From an uncultured Gemmatimonadales bacterium (GTDB lineage Bacteria; Gemmatimonadota; Gemmatimonadetes; Longimicrobiales; Gaopeijiaceae), in assembly GCA_963823035.1 (NCBI GenBank), contig CAWGKG010000004.1, positions 64,001-128,000 of the forward strand: a stretch of DNA of 64,000 bases, written 5' to 3'. The position numbers and the translations under genes are program-made. Of the stretch, positions 11,534-23,639 are shown piece after piece. Position 1 is the stretch's first letter, and the number at the start of each line of letters is the position of its first letter. The notes under the pieces were generated by a model that was not told where the DNA came from, made no database searches, and worked only from the letters and a program-made list of their open reading frames with translations.

Positions 11534-14493
11534 TCAGTCGCTCCCGAGGATCCCCTTCACCTCCGCCTCGGCTTCGTCCAGCTCCCGGCGCAGCACCTGA
11601 TACCGCTCGAGGGCATCGTGGCCGACCTTCTGGTCGGCGCGCGTGGTCATGCTGCGCAGGTAGGTGATGTGGTTGCGAGCCCCGGCTTGCTGTAGCGGAT
11701 CGGGTCCGTCATGAGCTTCTCGGCGACCGGGGCGAGGCGCCGCTTCGTGTCGGCGTTGCCGTCGGACATGGCCGTCCGGACGCGGCCGACGAGCGCCTGC
11801 ACCTCCTCCACCATGGCGTCCATCCGCTTGTTGTGCTGGTAGAGCTCCGCGAGGTCGGCCACCGTCACGCCGCCCTCCGCCACGCGCGGATCGATGAGCA
11901 CCTGGAACGGCTGCGTCTGCGTGGCGCCGCCCACGGTGAGCCGGGCCTGGTAGCGGCCTGGCGGGACCGCGACGCCGTCGGCGTCCCTCACGTCCCACAC
12001 CATCCGGTTGAAGCCGGTGTTCGTGGTCACGGTGGGCGGGGGCGGCCCGCGGCGGCCGAAGCCAGCGAAGCGACCACTGGGCGCTGCCGGCCTGCGTGCG
12101 CTGCTGTAGGAGCTGACCGTGTTCCCCGAGCCGTCGAGGATATCGACGGTCACCGCGCCCGACGGCGGGCCGGGGAGGTAGTAGTCGATCATCGGGCCGA
12201 GCAGCTCGGGCGCCGTGGCCGTCCGGTAGCCGTCACGCGGCGCATACAGGTGCACGTCGGCCACGCGGGTCTGCGGGGTGATCTGATGCAGCGACGTGAT
12301 ATCGTCGAGCATCCAGATCGAGCGGCCCTGCGTCGCGACGATCAGGTCCTTCCCGTGCACCTGGATGTCGTTGATCGGCACGTTCGCGAGGTTGAGCCTG
12401 AAGGGCTGCCAATGGCCGCCGTTGTCGAACGACACGTACATCCCGAATTCCGTGCCGGCGTAGAGGAGTCCCTCGCGGTCGGGGTCCTCGCGCACCACGC
12501 GCGTCGGCGTGTCCTCCGGGATGCCGTTCGTGCCGTCGGTCAGGCGCTTCCACGTCTTGCCGTAGTCGTCGGTCCGGTAGATGTACGGGGCGTAGTCGCC
12601 CAGCAGGTAACGGTACACCGCGTAGTACGCCGAGCCGGGGCGGTGCGGCGACGGGTCGATGAAGGCGACGCGGCCGCCCTCCGGGAGGTCCTTCGGCGTG
12701 ATGTCCGTCCACGTCTTCCCGTCGTCGCGGGTGATGTGGAAGGGGCCGTCGTTCGAGCCCACCCAGATGACGCCGGCCTGGTGGGGCGACTCCGAGATCG
12801 CGTACAGCGTGCTGTAGAACTCCTCGCCGGTGACGTCACGCGTGATGGGCTCGCCGCTCACGCCCTGGCAGCAGTCCGGGTGGGCGGTGAGATCCGGAGA
12901 GATCGTCTCCCACGTCACGCCCATGTCCCGCGTGCGATGCAGCTTCTGCGAGCCGTAGTAGAGGACGTTCGGGTCGTGCGGCGACGGCTCCATCGGCGAC
13001 ACGCGCTGGAAGCGCAGGATCAGGTCGCTGGCCGGGTTGCCGTAGAGCGACTGGCCGCCCACCCAGTACTGCTTCGCCTGCCCCGTGCGCAGGTCGAGGA
13101 CCTCGAACTGCCCCTTGCAGGAGCCGTAGACGATGTTCTCGTTCGCGGGATGGGGCACGACCGGCCCCGTCTCACAGCCCGGCCCCGGCCACCAGTCGAC
13201 GTTCATCTCCCCGCCCTCGGCGACGCTGGAGATGATGTGCGTGCCGTCGTCCTGCTGGGCGCCGTAGAGGCGGAAGGGGAAGCGGTGGTCGATGTGGATG
13301 CCGTAGATCTCTGCGGTCGGCTGGTTGTACTGCGTGGACCAGGTGCGGCCGCCGTCGAACGAGACGTTCGCGCCGCCGTCGTTCGACTGGATCATCGTGT
13401 TGCAGTCGTTCGGGTTGATCCAGATGTCGTGGTTGTCCCCGTGCGGTACCTGCATCCGGGTCAGCGTCTTGCCCGCGTCCGTGGACTTGTAGAAGGTCTC
13501 GGCGCCCCCGTAGATCACGTCCGCGTTGGAAGGGTCCGCGCTGAGCGTCGTGTAGTAGAAGGGCCGCTGGATCATCCCCGGCTCGTCGTTGACCATCGTC
13601 CAGCTGGCGCCGGCGTCCTCGGAGCGGTAGAGCCCGCCGCCCGGCTTGGCCTCGATCAGGGCGTAGATGCGGGTCGGGTTCGCCGCCGTGACCGCGAGGT
13701 TGCCCTTGCCGATGAGGTCCCCGGGCAGGCCGCTACCGACCTTCCGGAAGTGCTCGCCCCCGTCCGTGCTCTTGAAGAAGCCGCCCTCGTGGGAGCCGCT
13801 GATGATCGTCCAGGGCTTGCGCTCGAGGCGGCTCATCCAGGCGTAGACCACGCTCGGGTCGTCGGGCTTGAGCTCCACGTCCATGGCGCCCGAGCTGTCC
13901 GACACGAAGAGCGTCTTGTGCCAGCTCTTCCCCCCGTCGGTCGTCTTGTAGATCCCCCGGTCGGGCGTGGGCTTGAAGGCGTCGCCGACCGCAGCCACCC
14001 AAACGGTGTTGGGGTCGGTCGGGTGGATCTTCACCTTCCCGATCTGCCCGACGTCGCGCAGCCCCGCGAACGTCCACGTCTTCCCGCCGTCCGTGGTCTT
14101 GTAGACGCCCCGGCCCGTCGACACGTTGCTGCGCACGCCGTCGGACCCGGTGCCGTACCAGATGACGTTCGGATCGGAGTCGGCGACCGCGATCGAGCCG
14201 CTCGAGCCGAGCGGCACCTTGCCGTCCGTGAGCGGCTCCCAGCTCGTTCCCCCATCGGTGGTGCGGAACAGCCCGCCGGACGCGACGCCCATGTAGAAGG
14301 TGCGGGGCTGCGAGGGCACGCCCGCGACCGTGGTCACGCGGCCGCCCTGGAGAGGCCCGACGAGGCGGTAGGCCATCCCCTGGAAGAAGGAGGGGTTCAC
14401 CTCGGACATCTGGGGAGCGCTCTGGGCGACTCCGGAAGCCGGTGCGGCCAGCAGCAGCGCGGCGGCGAGGGCGGTCGACAGGTTCCTGCTCAT
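11534..14493 (-). CDS. Secreted VPS10/sortilin-like BNR-repeat protein (often annotated glycosyl hydrolase), frameshift near 11680
   Basis: Signal peptide; VGPLQGGRV; many (S/T)xDGGxTW Asp-boxes; PHGDNHDIWINP; ATQGRSIW. Confidence 0.88.
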
Positions 14494-14649
14494 GGGGTTC
14501 TGCTCCGAACGATGCGTGCCTGTGCGTGGTTCGCCGCGGCGCGCCCGTGCCCCGCAAGGGGCGAGCGGGTCGACGCGGTTACGGCTCAACCTGACCGAGG
14601 GTGTCGCGACCGGCAAGGAGGCCGGGGCGGGACTCCGGGCTCCCCGCGA

Positions 14650-15972
14650 TCAGGGCTCCGCAGGAGCATCGAGGAGCGTCGGGGGCCGGGCCACCGCCTG
14701 GTCCACGGCGTCGCGGATCGCGTCCCACGCGTCGAGCCCGCACCAGAAGACGGTCCACACGCCGTTCTTCCGCGCGCCGTCCGCGTTGGCGAAGTAGAAG
14801 TCGTTGATGGCGTTGCCGCGTCGCGACCGCCAGAAGAGGGCGGGGTTCTCGCCGCGCATGGCGTCCCACATGGCCCGTCCGAGCCCCTCGCCCTGCGCCT
14901 CCTCGCTCACCGCCAGCTTGTCCATGTACACCGCGTCCCCCGCACGCAGGAGGACGATGGTCGCCCGGTAGTGCTCGCTGACGTAGACGCGCTCGGGCGT
15001 GGTGGCCTCGAAGTAGTCCGGGGTGAGCTTCCTGCCGAAGCTCGACTCGATGAGCGCGCGCAGCCGGTCGAGGTCGATGCCGTCCCACCCCGTGAAGGCG
15101 TGGATGGCCTCCCCGCGGCGCACCAGCGTGCCGGACCCACGGTGCGTGAACAGCTCCTTGGCCATCTCGTCCGGGGTGGTGATCGAGAGGGAGGTGGAGG
15201 GCGGCAGGTCCATGAGGAGGTCGTGGATCTGCTCGAGCTTGACGCGCATCCCCGAATGCAGCCACGGCTGGGTCATGAGGTGCTCGTACTGCGTGCTCAA
15301 GGAGATCGACTCGATGAGCTTGCCGCGCTCGTCCAGGATGCCGCCGGTACCGGTGAGGAAGATGATCTTGTAGGGCTGGAGCCGCTTCACGAGCTCGTTG
15401 GCCGCCCAGTCGGCGTTGACGTTCAGGATCTGCCCCCCGGCCGTTTCGCCCAGAGAGGCGATCACCGGGATCGAGTCCGCGCCGATCGCCGCCTCGAGCC
15501 CGGCGATCTCGACGCGCACCACGCGGCCCACCAGGCCGTACTTCTCCGCGTCGAGCATCTCCGACTCGAACACGCCCGACTGGATCGAGGTGGCGCGAAC
15601 GCCCACCTCCTGCAGCGCCTCCACCAGGCGCAGGTTCTCGCGCTGGCCCACGCGCCGGACCACCGCCAGCCCCTCCGGCGTGGTGTGGCGGAGCCCGTCG
15701 ACGATCCGCTTCTCGATGCCGGCGGCGGACATCTCCTGGTCCAGCTGCGGACCGGCGCCGTGGATCACGATGGGCGTCAGCCCCACCTGCTGCAGGAAGG
15801 CCAGGGACGACACCAGGGCGTCCAACTCGTCACGCAGCACCGCGCCGCCGACCTTGACCACGGCGAACCGGTCGGCGTCGAGCTGCGAGAACTTCTTGAG
15901 GTAGATCTGGATCTCCCGGGCGCTGGCCATCGAGGACAGGAGCCGGATGATCGTCGGGCGCACGTTCGGCAT
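14650..15972 (-). CDS. argB: Acetylglutamate kinase with C-terminal NAT/DUF619 domain (Xanthomonas-type NAGS-K-like)
   Basis: [40 protein letters not shown], then YMDKLAV...QGEGLG and FWRSR. Confidence 0.85.
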   Translation of the reverse strand: MPNVRPTIIRLLSSMASAREIQIYLKKFSQLDADRFAVVKVGGAVLRDELDALVSSLAFLQQVGLTPIVIHGAGPQLDQEMSAAGIEKRIVDGLRHTTPEGLAVVRRVGQRENLRLVEALQEVGVRATSIQSGVFESEMLDAEKYGLVGRVVRVEIAGLEAAIGADSIPVIASLGETAGGQILNVNADWAANELVKRLQPYKIIFLTGTGGILDERGKLIESISLSTQYEHLMTQPWLHSGMRVKLEQIHDLLMDLPPSTSLSITTPDEMAKELFTHRGSGTLVRRGEAIHAFTGWDGIDLDRLRALIESSFGRKLTPDYFEATTPERVYVSEHYRATIVLLRAGDAVYMDKLAVSEEAQGEGLGRAMWDAMRGENPALFWRSRRGNAINDFYFANADGARKNGVWTVFWCGLDAWDAIRDAVDQAVARPPTLLDAPAEP

Positions 15973-16190
15973 TCGCGTGCTCACGGGGGGTGGATCGGGG
16001 ATCGATGCGTGACGAAGGCAGGAGATTAGGGCATGCCGGGCCGCCATGACAGCGGTGGCCGGTGGGCGGGCGGAGGCGAAGATCCGCCGGCGGCCGAGGC
16101 CGGATCGGAGCTTGTACGCGCGCCGGACCGGCATTAGGCTGACCGCTGCTTGCCAACCGCATGCGCCCGTTCGGCGCCCGGAGGGGATCG

Positions 16191-16718
16191 ATGGAGCGCA
16201 GCGTGGACCGCCCCGAGCTCGACCGCCTCTTCAGCTCCACCTACGAGGAGCTGAGGCGGCTGGCGGCCAGCGTGCGCCGCGACGAGCCGGGTGACACGCT
16301 CAACCCGACGGCGCTCGTCAACGAAGCCTACCTGAAGCTCGCCCGCTCGCTCCACGTCGAGCCGGAGTCGAGGCTGCACTTCAAGCGCATCGCCGCGCGG
16401 GCCATGCGGCAGGTGCTCGTGGAGGCGGCCCGGCGCCGCGCCGCGCAGAAGCGCGGCGGGGACGCCGTGCTGGTCACCCTCGACGGGTCGCGGGACCACG
16501 CGGTGGAGTGCTCCGGCGAGCTGCTCGCCCTGGATTCCGCGCTCGAGGACCTCGCCTCGCTGGAGCCCAGGCAGGCGCTCATGGTCGAGTGCCGCTTCTT
16601 CGGCGGGCTCGACCTCACCGAGACCGCCGACGTGCTCGGGGTGTCGGAGTCCACCGTCGTGCGCGACTGGCGGGCGGCGCGGGCCTGGCTGAGCCGAGAG
16701 CTCCGGCACGCGCCGTGA
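16191..16718 (+). CDS. ECF sigma factor, TIGR02999/ECF43-like
   Basis: YEELRRLA...[15 protein letters not shown]...[20 protein letters not shown]...VECRFFGG...[10 protein letters not shown]; adjacent Ser/Thr kinase. Confidence 0.88.
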   Translation: MERSVDRPELDRLFSSTYEELRRLAASVRRDEPGDTLNPTALVNEAYLKLARSLHVEPESRLHFKRIAARAMRQVLVEAARRRAAQKRGGDAVLVTLDGSRDHAVECSGELLALDSALEDLASLEPRQALMVECRFFGGLDLTETADVLGVSESTVVRDWRAARAWLSRELRHAP

Positions 16719-16731
16719 CCAGGATGGATCG

Positions 16732-19388
16732 GTGAGCCCGGACCGGGAGCGCTGGGCGCGCGTCCAGGATCTCTTCCACCGGGTGCTCGAGCTCCCGGAG
16801 GGAGAGCGACGAGGCTTCCTCGAGCGGGAGTGCGCTTACGCGCCCGACCTGGTCGACGAGGTGCTCGAGCTGGTCGAGGAGGACGTGCGCGCCGACTCGA
16901 TCCTCGACCGGGAGGTCGGCTCCCTGGCCGACGCCGTCCTGGACGGGTCGGTGCCGCCGATCCACGTGGTCGGGCCCTACCGGATCCGCCGCATCCTCGG
17001 CCGCGGCGGGATGGGCGTGGTCTACCTCGGGGAGCGCGAGGACCTCGGCGCGCAGGCCGCCATCAAGGTGTTGCGCGACGCTTCTCTCTCTCCGGTACGC
17101 CGGGAGCGCTTCGCGCGCGAGCAGCGCACGCTCGCGCACCTGACCCACCCGTCGATCGCGCGCCTGTACGACGCGGACGTGCTTCCGGACGGCACGCCCT
17201 ACTTCGTGATGGAGTACGTCGACGGCCTGCCACTCACCGAGTACTGCGCGCGGGAGGGTGCGCCCCTCGCGGACCGGCTGCGCCTCTTTCGCGCCGTGTG
17301 CGAGGCCGTCCAGGCTGCGCACGGGCAGGCGGTGGTGCACCGCGACCTGAAGCCGTCGAACATCGTGGTGGCCTCGGACGGGGAGCTCAAGCTCCTCGAC
17401 TTCGGCATCGCCAAGCACCTCGACGAGCTGGACGTCCCCGCCCAGCAGACCGAGACCGCGCTACGGCTCATGACGCCCGCCTACGCGGCGCCCGAGCAGA
17501 TCCTGGGCGAGCCGATCGGGACGTACACGGACATCTACGCGCTCGGCGTGATCCTGTACGAGCTTCTGGCCGGCCGGCTCCCCTTCGACCTGTCGCGGCG
17601 CACGCCCGGCCAGGCGGAGGCGATCATCCTCGGCGACGACCCGCAGCGGCCGTCGGAGGCCGTGCTGAAGGAGGAGGGGACGCTGACCGCCCTCGGCACG
17701 GTGGGTCGGTCGAAGTGGGCCGACCTGGACGTGATGTGCCTGACGGCGATGCACAGGGACCCGGCGCGCCGCTACCGGACCGTGGACGCTCTCGTGCGCG
17801 ACCTCGACCACTTCCTGCGCGGCGAGCCGCTGGAGGCGCGGCCGGACTCCATCGGCTACCGGGCGGGGAAGCTGCTGCGGCGTCGTTGGCGGCCCCTCTC
17901 CGCGGCCGGCCGTCGCGGTGGCCGCCATCGTCGGCGTGGCGGGCTTCTACACGGTGCGCCTGGCGCGTGCACGCGACGTGGCGGTGGCGGAGGCGGCCCG
18001 CGCCCAGCGCATCCAGCGCTTCACACTCAGCCTCTTCCAGGGAGGCGACGAGACCGCGGGTCCGGCGGACAGCCTGCACGTGCTCACCCTCCTCGATCGC
18101 GGCGTCGCGGAGGCCAGGGTTCTGGACGCCGAGCCAGACATCCAGGCCGAGCTCTACCAGACGCTCGGATCCATTTACCAGCAGCTGGGCAACCTCGACC
18201 GCGCGGATACGTTGCTGCAGGCCGCGCTGGCGCAGAACGAGCGTCTCGCGGGAGCGGACGGCGCGGCCGCCGCCAGGAGCCGGGTGGCGTTGGGGCTGCT
18301 GCGTCTGGACCAGGCCGACGTGGACGGCTCGGAAGCACTGGTGCGCCGCGGGCTCACGGCGCTGCGTACGGCCTATCCTCCGGGGCACCCCGCGGTGATC
18401 GACGCCGAGACGGCGCTCGGACGCATCCTCCAGGAGCGCGGCGAGTATGACGAGGCGGTCGCGGTGCTCGACAGCGCCGTGCAAGCGCTCGTGGGCCGCG
18501 GACCGAGCCCCGAGCTGTCCAACACCATGGGGCAGCTCGCGAACACCTTCTTCTACGCGGGGAACCTCACGGCGTCGGACTCGCTGAATCGCATCCTCCT
18601 GGACATGGATCGCGACCTGTTCGGCGAGCACCACCCCTCGGTGGGGGACGAGCTGATCAACCTGGGCGCGATCCAGTTCCAGTTCGGGAAGTACGAGGAG
18701 GCGGAGCGGCTCTATCGGGAGGCGCTCGACATCTTCGAGGCGTACTACGGGCCGAGCCATCCGGAGACGGCATCGAACCTGACCATGCTGGGCCGCGCGC
18801 TGGTCTACGAGGGGAAGATCGACGAGGCGAACGTGAGCCTCGAGCGTGCGCTGTCGATCCAGGAGCGGGTGTTCGGACCGGTCCACCCGGCCGTGGCGTC
18901 GACGCTGAACGACCTCGGGATCGTCGCCATGCAGACCGGAGACATGCGCGGCGCCGAGGGCGACTACCGGCGCATGCTCTCGATCTACGACTCCGTCTAC
19001 GGACGGAAGCACTACCTGTACGCGCTCGCCCAGGCGAACCTCGCGAGCGTCTACGCCGCCGAGGAGCGCTGGCCGGACGCCGAGGCCCTCTTCCGCAAGG
19101 CGGTGGCGCTCTTCGACGAGACGCTCCCCGCGGGGCACGGCCAGACCGCCGTCGCGCGCATCAAGCTCGGGCACGCGCTCACCAAGCTCGGGCGGTGGGC
19201 CGAGGCCCGAGAAGGACCTCACGGAGGGCTACAACACGCTCTCGACGCAGACCAGCCCCACGGTGAGCTGGCTGACGACGGCGCGGAAGGACCTCGCCAT
19301 CGTGTACGACGCGCTCGGAGAGCCGGACGAGGCCGCGCGCTACCGGGCGGAGGCGGCGGACACCGCCACGGCCGAGCCCGGCGGCTGA
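16732..19388 (+). CDS. Membrane Ser/Thr kinase with C-terminal TPRs (frameshifts near 17905 and 19215)
   Basis: GRGGMGVVY, HRDLKPSN, DFG, TPAYAAPEQ, TM helix, TPR_12-like repeats (HPETASNL). Confidence 0.9.
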
Positions 19389-19404
19389 GGCCGACCGCCC
19401 GAGA

Positions 19405-20376
19405 TCAGCCGCGCTCCTCCTCGCGGTCCGTGGAGAGCGGCGGGGTCGGCGTCAGCGCGGAGATCCGGTCGTAGAGGGCGTCCGGGAAGTCGACGTCCAC
19501 GGAGGCGAGCGACGGCTCGAGCTGCTCCAGGTTGCGCGCCCCGATGATCGGGGCCGTGACGCCGGGGTGGTGCGCCACCCAGCGCACGGCCAGCGAGGCC
19601 GGGTGATGGCCCACCTCCTCTGCGATGCCGCACAACTCCTGCGCCACCTCGAAGTACGACGCCTCGTGGTAGCGCTTCGCGTACATCGGGCTCTTGTCGA
19701 GCCGGCCTTCCACCTCCCGCTCCCTGCGCCCGTACTTCCCGGTCAGCACGCCGCCCGCGAGCGGGCTGTAGGGCACCACGGCCAGCCCCTCCGACCGCGC
19801 CATCGGCAGCAGCTCGACCTCGGCCTGGCGCTTGAGGAGGTTGTACATCGGCTGGACGCCACGGAACGCCGCCAGCCCCAGCCGGGCGGAGACGCCGAGC
19901 GCCTTCGTGATCTGCCACGCCGCGAAGTTGCTCACCGCCGGGTAGCGGATCTTCCCGGCGCGGACCAGGTCGTCGAGCGCGCGCAGGGCGTCCTCGATCG
20001 GGGTGTCCTCGTCGAAGTGGTGGAGGAAGTAGAGATCCAGGTGATCGGTGTCCAGCCGCCGCAGGCTCTGCTCCACCTGGTGCACGATCGCGGCGCGCGC
20101 GTACCCCCGAGCGAGCGGGCCCTCGCCCATCGGGAAGTAGACCTTGGAGGTCAGGATCACCTGGTCGCGCTCGGCCGCGACCAGCTTGCCCAGGATCCGC
20201 TCCGAGTCGCCTTCCGCGTAGACGTTCGCGCAGTCGAAGAAGTCGACGCCTGCGTCGCGGCAGCGGGCGTAGAGCTTCGCGCTCATCGCCTCGTCCGCCT
20301 CGCGGCCGAAGGTCATGGTGCCGAAGCAGAGCTCCGACACGAGAATGCCGGTGTTTCCGAGGGGTACCTGCCGCAT
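19405..20376 (-). CDS. Aldo/keto reductase
   Basis: LCFGTMTFG, FDCANVY, SLRRLDTDHLDLYFLH, VSNFAAWQ, YSPLAGG. Confidence 0.92.
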   Translation of the reverse strand: MRQVPLGNTGILVSELCFGTMTFGREADEAMSAKLYARCRDAGVDFFDCANVYAEGDSERILGKLVAAERDQVILTSKVYFPMGEGPLARGYARAAIVHQVEQSLRRLDTDHLDLYFLHHFDEDTPIEDALRALDDLVRAGKIRYPAVSNFAAWQITKALGVSARLGLAAFRGVQPMYNLLKRQAEVELLPMARSEGLAVVPYSPLAGGVLTGKYGRREREVEGRLDKSPMYAKRYHEASYFEVAQELCGIAEEVGHHPASLAVRWVAHHPGVTAPIIGARNLEQLEPSLASVDVDFPDALYDRISALTPTPPLSTDREEERG

Positions 20377-20399
20377 GCCGTTCTCCGTGCCTCGATGGG

Positions 20400-23300
20400 T
20401 CAACTCACGATCCGACGTCCCGTTCCCACGGCGGGGACGCCCAGATCCTCGAGCAGTCGGTTGAAGCCGTCCACGCCGGGACCGAGGATCCACTCGACCC
20501 TCGCCCGATAGACGCCCCACTCGCGGCTGAGCGCCTGGACGCGCTCACGCATGCTCTCCGTGGGCGCGCCTGGCGCGTCCGCGACCGCGCTGTGCAGATA
20601 GATGTAGAACTGGTTCAGGCGGGTGGGGAAGACCGTCGGGTCCTGTCCGCTGGTCCATTCCCTCTGCACGAGCATGGAGTCCACGGCCGCGATGCTGTCG
20701 CCGAGCGCCCGGCCGGCCTCCTCGATGCGCTCGGCCTCGGCCAGATCCTCGGTGCGCTCGACCACGGCATCGACCTGCTCGCCGATGTCACCCATGTCGC
20801 CGACCGCCGCGTGCAGGGCGGTCAACTCCGCGCGGATGCGTGCGACCAGGGCGTCACGCGCCGCGTGATCCGCCGCGGTCACCTCGGCCGCGACGTCCGG
20901 GATGTCGCGCACGTCCACGCTCGTCTCGACGGGGTCGAGGCCTTCGACGCTCAGGCGGGCGGTGTACGTTCCGGGCGCGACCCGCGCCACCCGCGAGCGT
21001 CCCGAAGACGTAGAGCCCCTCCACGCCCGGCACGCGCTCGCGGCGCAGGTCCCAGACCATCCGGTTCATCCCGGCCTTCGCGCTCAGCTTGCTCGGCGCG
21101 TCCGGTCCGTCGCCCGGGTCCGTGGCGTAGGTGCGCACCACCGCGCCCGACGGATCCAGGATTTCCAGGCGGCCCGCACGCTCGGGGGCGTCTTTCAGGT
21201 GGAACTGGAGCACCGCCCCGTTCGGCGGGTTCCGCCCCTCCGTGGGGTCGCCACCTCCGAAGCCGCCGCCTCCGCCCTGGCGGTAGGCCGGTCCCGTGCG
21301 GAAGAGCCAGGCGGGCGCCGCGGCGATCTCGTCGTGGTGGGCCGCCAGCTCCCGCAGCGCCGACAGGTCGTCGAGGATCCAGAAGGCCCGCCCCTGCGTC
21401 GCCGCCAGCAGGTCACCCCGATGCACCTCGAGGTCCGTGACCGGCGTGACGGGGAGGTCGAGCTGGAGCGACTCCCAGTGCGCGCCCGCGTCGAAGGAGA
21501 CGAACGCGCCCATCTCCGTACCCGCGTACAGCAGGCCGGGCACCTCGGTGTCCTCCCGCACGACGCGCACCCAATGTTCCGGGGGGATGCCATCGGTGAT
21601 CCTCGTCCACGAGCGGCCGAAGTCGGTGGTGCGGTACGCCATCGGGGTGAAGTCCCCGAGCTTGTAGCGCGTGACCGCGACCCACGCGGTGCCCGGATCG
21701 TGTGGGGAGGCGTCGATCGCGTTGATCTGCGATTCGGGCAGATCCTTCGGCGTCACGTCCGTCCACGTGCGACCGCCGTCGCGCGTGACCTGCACGAGGC
21801 CGTCGTCCGAGCCGGTCCAGATCACCTGGGCGTCGAGGGGCGACGGAGAGAGCGCGAAGATCGTGCCGTACACCTCGCCGCCGGCGCCCTCGTTCGTGAT
21901 CGGCCCGCCGCCCGGACCCTGCTTCGTGGTGTCGTTCCGGGTGAGGTCGGGGCTGATCACGTCCCAGGAGTTTCCGCGGTCGCGGGTGCGCAGGAGGACG
22001 TTGCCGCCGTGGTAGATCGTGCGTGGGTCCTGGGGCGAAGCGACGATCGGCGCGTTCCAGTTGAAGCGCCACGTCATGTCCTTCGGCTGGATCGACGCCG
22101 GCATCCCCGGCTCGGCCTGCACGTTGCGGTCGATACCCGTGCGGTCGTCGTACTCGTCGATCTGCCCCAGGTAGCAGCCGCCGTACTGGTAGCGCGGATC
22201 GTCCGGGTCGAAGGCGAGCCAAGCGCTCTCGCACCCCGCCGAGGGGTGGAAGTCGCCCCAGCCGATGCCCCCGTCGAAGTCGCGGCTCTTGATCGCCACG
22301 CTCGAGTTGTCCTGCTGGCCACCATACAGCCAATAGGGGAAACGGTTGTCCGCGTTGACGCGGTAGAACTGCGCCGTCGGCTGGTTGCGCTCCGTCGACC
22401 AGGTGGCGCCGGCGTTGAACGTCACCGCCGCGCCGCCGTCGTTCGCGTTGATGAAGTTGTCGGGGTCGTCAGGGTTGATCCACAGGTCGTGGTTGTCGCC
22501 GTGCTCCTGGCGCAGCGACTGGAACGTCCGGCCCCCGTCCACCGAGCGCCACAGCGGCGCGTTCATCACGTAGACGGTGTTCTCGTCGCCGGGGTCGGCG
22601 AAGATCTCCATGTAGTACCACGGGCGGGAGCGGAGCCCGCGCGTCTGGTTCACGCGCGTCCACGACGCCCCTGCGTCGTCCGAGCGGAAGACGCCGCCGT
22701 CCGGCTCGGCCTCGACGATCGCGTACACCCGGTCGGGGTCCGCGCCGGAGACCGAGACGCCCACCTTGCCCATGAGGTCGGGAAGACCCTCGTCCATCCG
22801 CTTCCAGCTGTCCCCGCCGTCGAGGCTCTTCCAGATCCCGCTGCCGGGTCCGCCCGAGCGCATCTGCCAGGGATGGCGCGTGTGGTCCCAGAAGGCGGCG
22901 TACAGGATGCGCGGGTTGGACGGGTCCATGCTCAGGTCGCTCGCGCCGGCGTCCTCGGAGACGAAGAGGACCTTCTCCCAGCTCTTTCCGCCGTCGTCGG
23001 AGCGGTAGATGCCCCGGTCCTCCGTGGGGCCGTAGGGGGATCCCTGCGCGGCCACCCACACGCGGTCCGGGTCGGAGGGGTGCACGACGATCCGCGAGAT
23101 CGCGCGTGTGGCCTCGAGCCCCAGGTGCGTCCAGGTGCGGCCGGCGTCCGTCGAGCGGTACACGCCGTCGCCGTGGCTCGTCGTCACGCCGCGCGGCGCG
23201 TGCTCCCCCATGCCGACGTAGACGACGTTCGGGTCGGAGGGTGCCACCGCGATCGCGCCGACCGAGGCCGTTCCGAGGAAGCCGTCCGAGACATTCGTCC

Positions 23301-23548
23301 CAGGTGATGCCGGCGTCGGTCGTCTTCCAGACGCCGCCGCCCACGCCGCCGAAGTAGTAGACGCTCGGCTGCGTGCGCACGCCCGCGACGGCGACCGAGC
23401 GGCCGCCGCGGAAGGGTCCGACCAGGCGCCAGCGCATCGTCGAATAGAGCGCCGTGTCGACGGGGGACGTCTGCGCGTGCGCCTCGGTGCCCGCCGCCGA
23501 CGCGGCGAGGAGGACGAGCGTGGCGACGAGAGGACGAAGGGTGCGCAT
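20400..23548 (-). CDS. Second secreted VPS10/BNR-repeat protein (frameshifts near 23300 and 20995)
   Basis: Signal peptide; VGPFRGGRS; Asp-boxes; HGDNHDLWINP; RFNWNAP; ATQGRAFWILDD. Confidence 0.88.
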
Positions 23549-23639
23549 CCGGCTACCTCGGGGGTGGGGGATCGATTCGGGACCCCACAGTAGGGAGGGT
23601 GGGGGCGGGCGGCGAGGTCGGCCGCGGCGCTGGCGCCGG

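Noticed and set aside
11833..16029. Very long antisense or alternate-frame ORFs (also 7718-11011, 40246-43344, 57287-59827 and others)
   Set aside because: Shadow ORFs of real genes in high-GC DNA; Arg/Pro/Gly-rich with no motifs
15973..16134. Arg-rich leader peptide or attenuator upstream of argB
   Set aside because: In frame with argB with no separate stop or terminator; Arg codons are expected at this GC content
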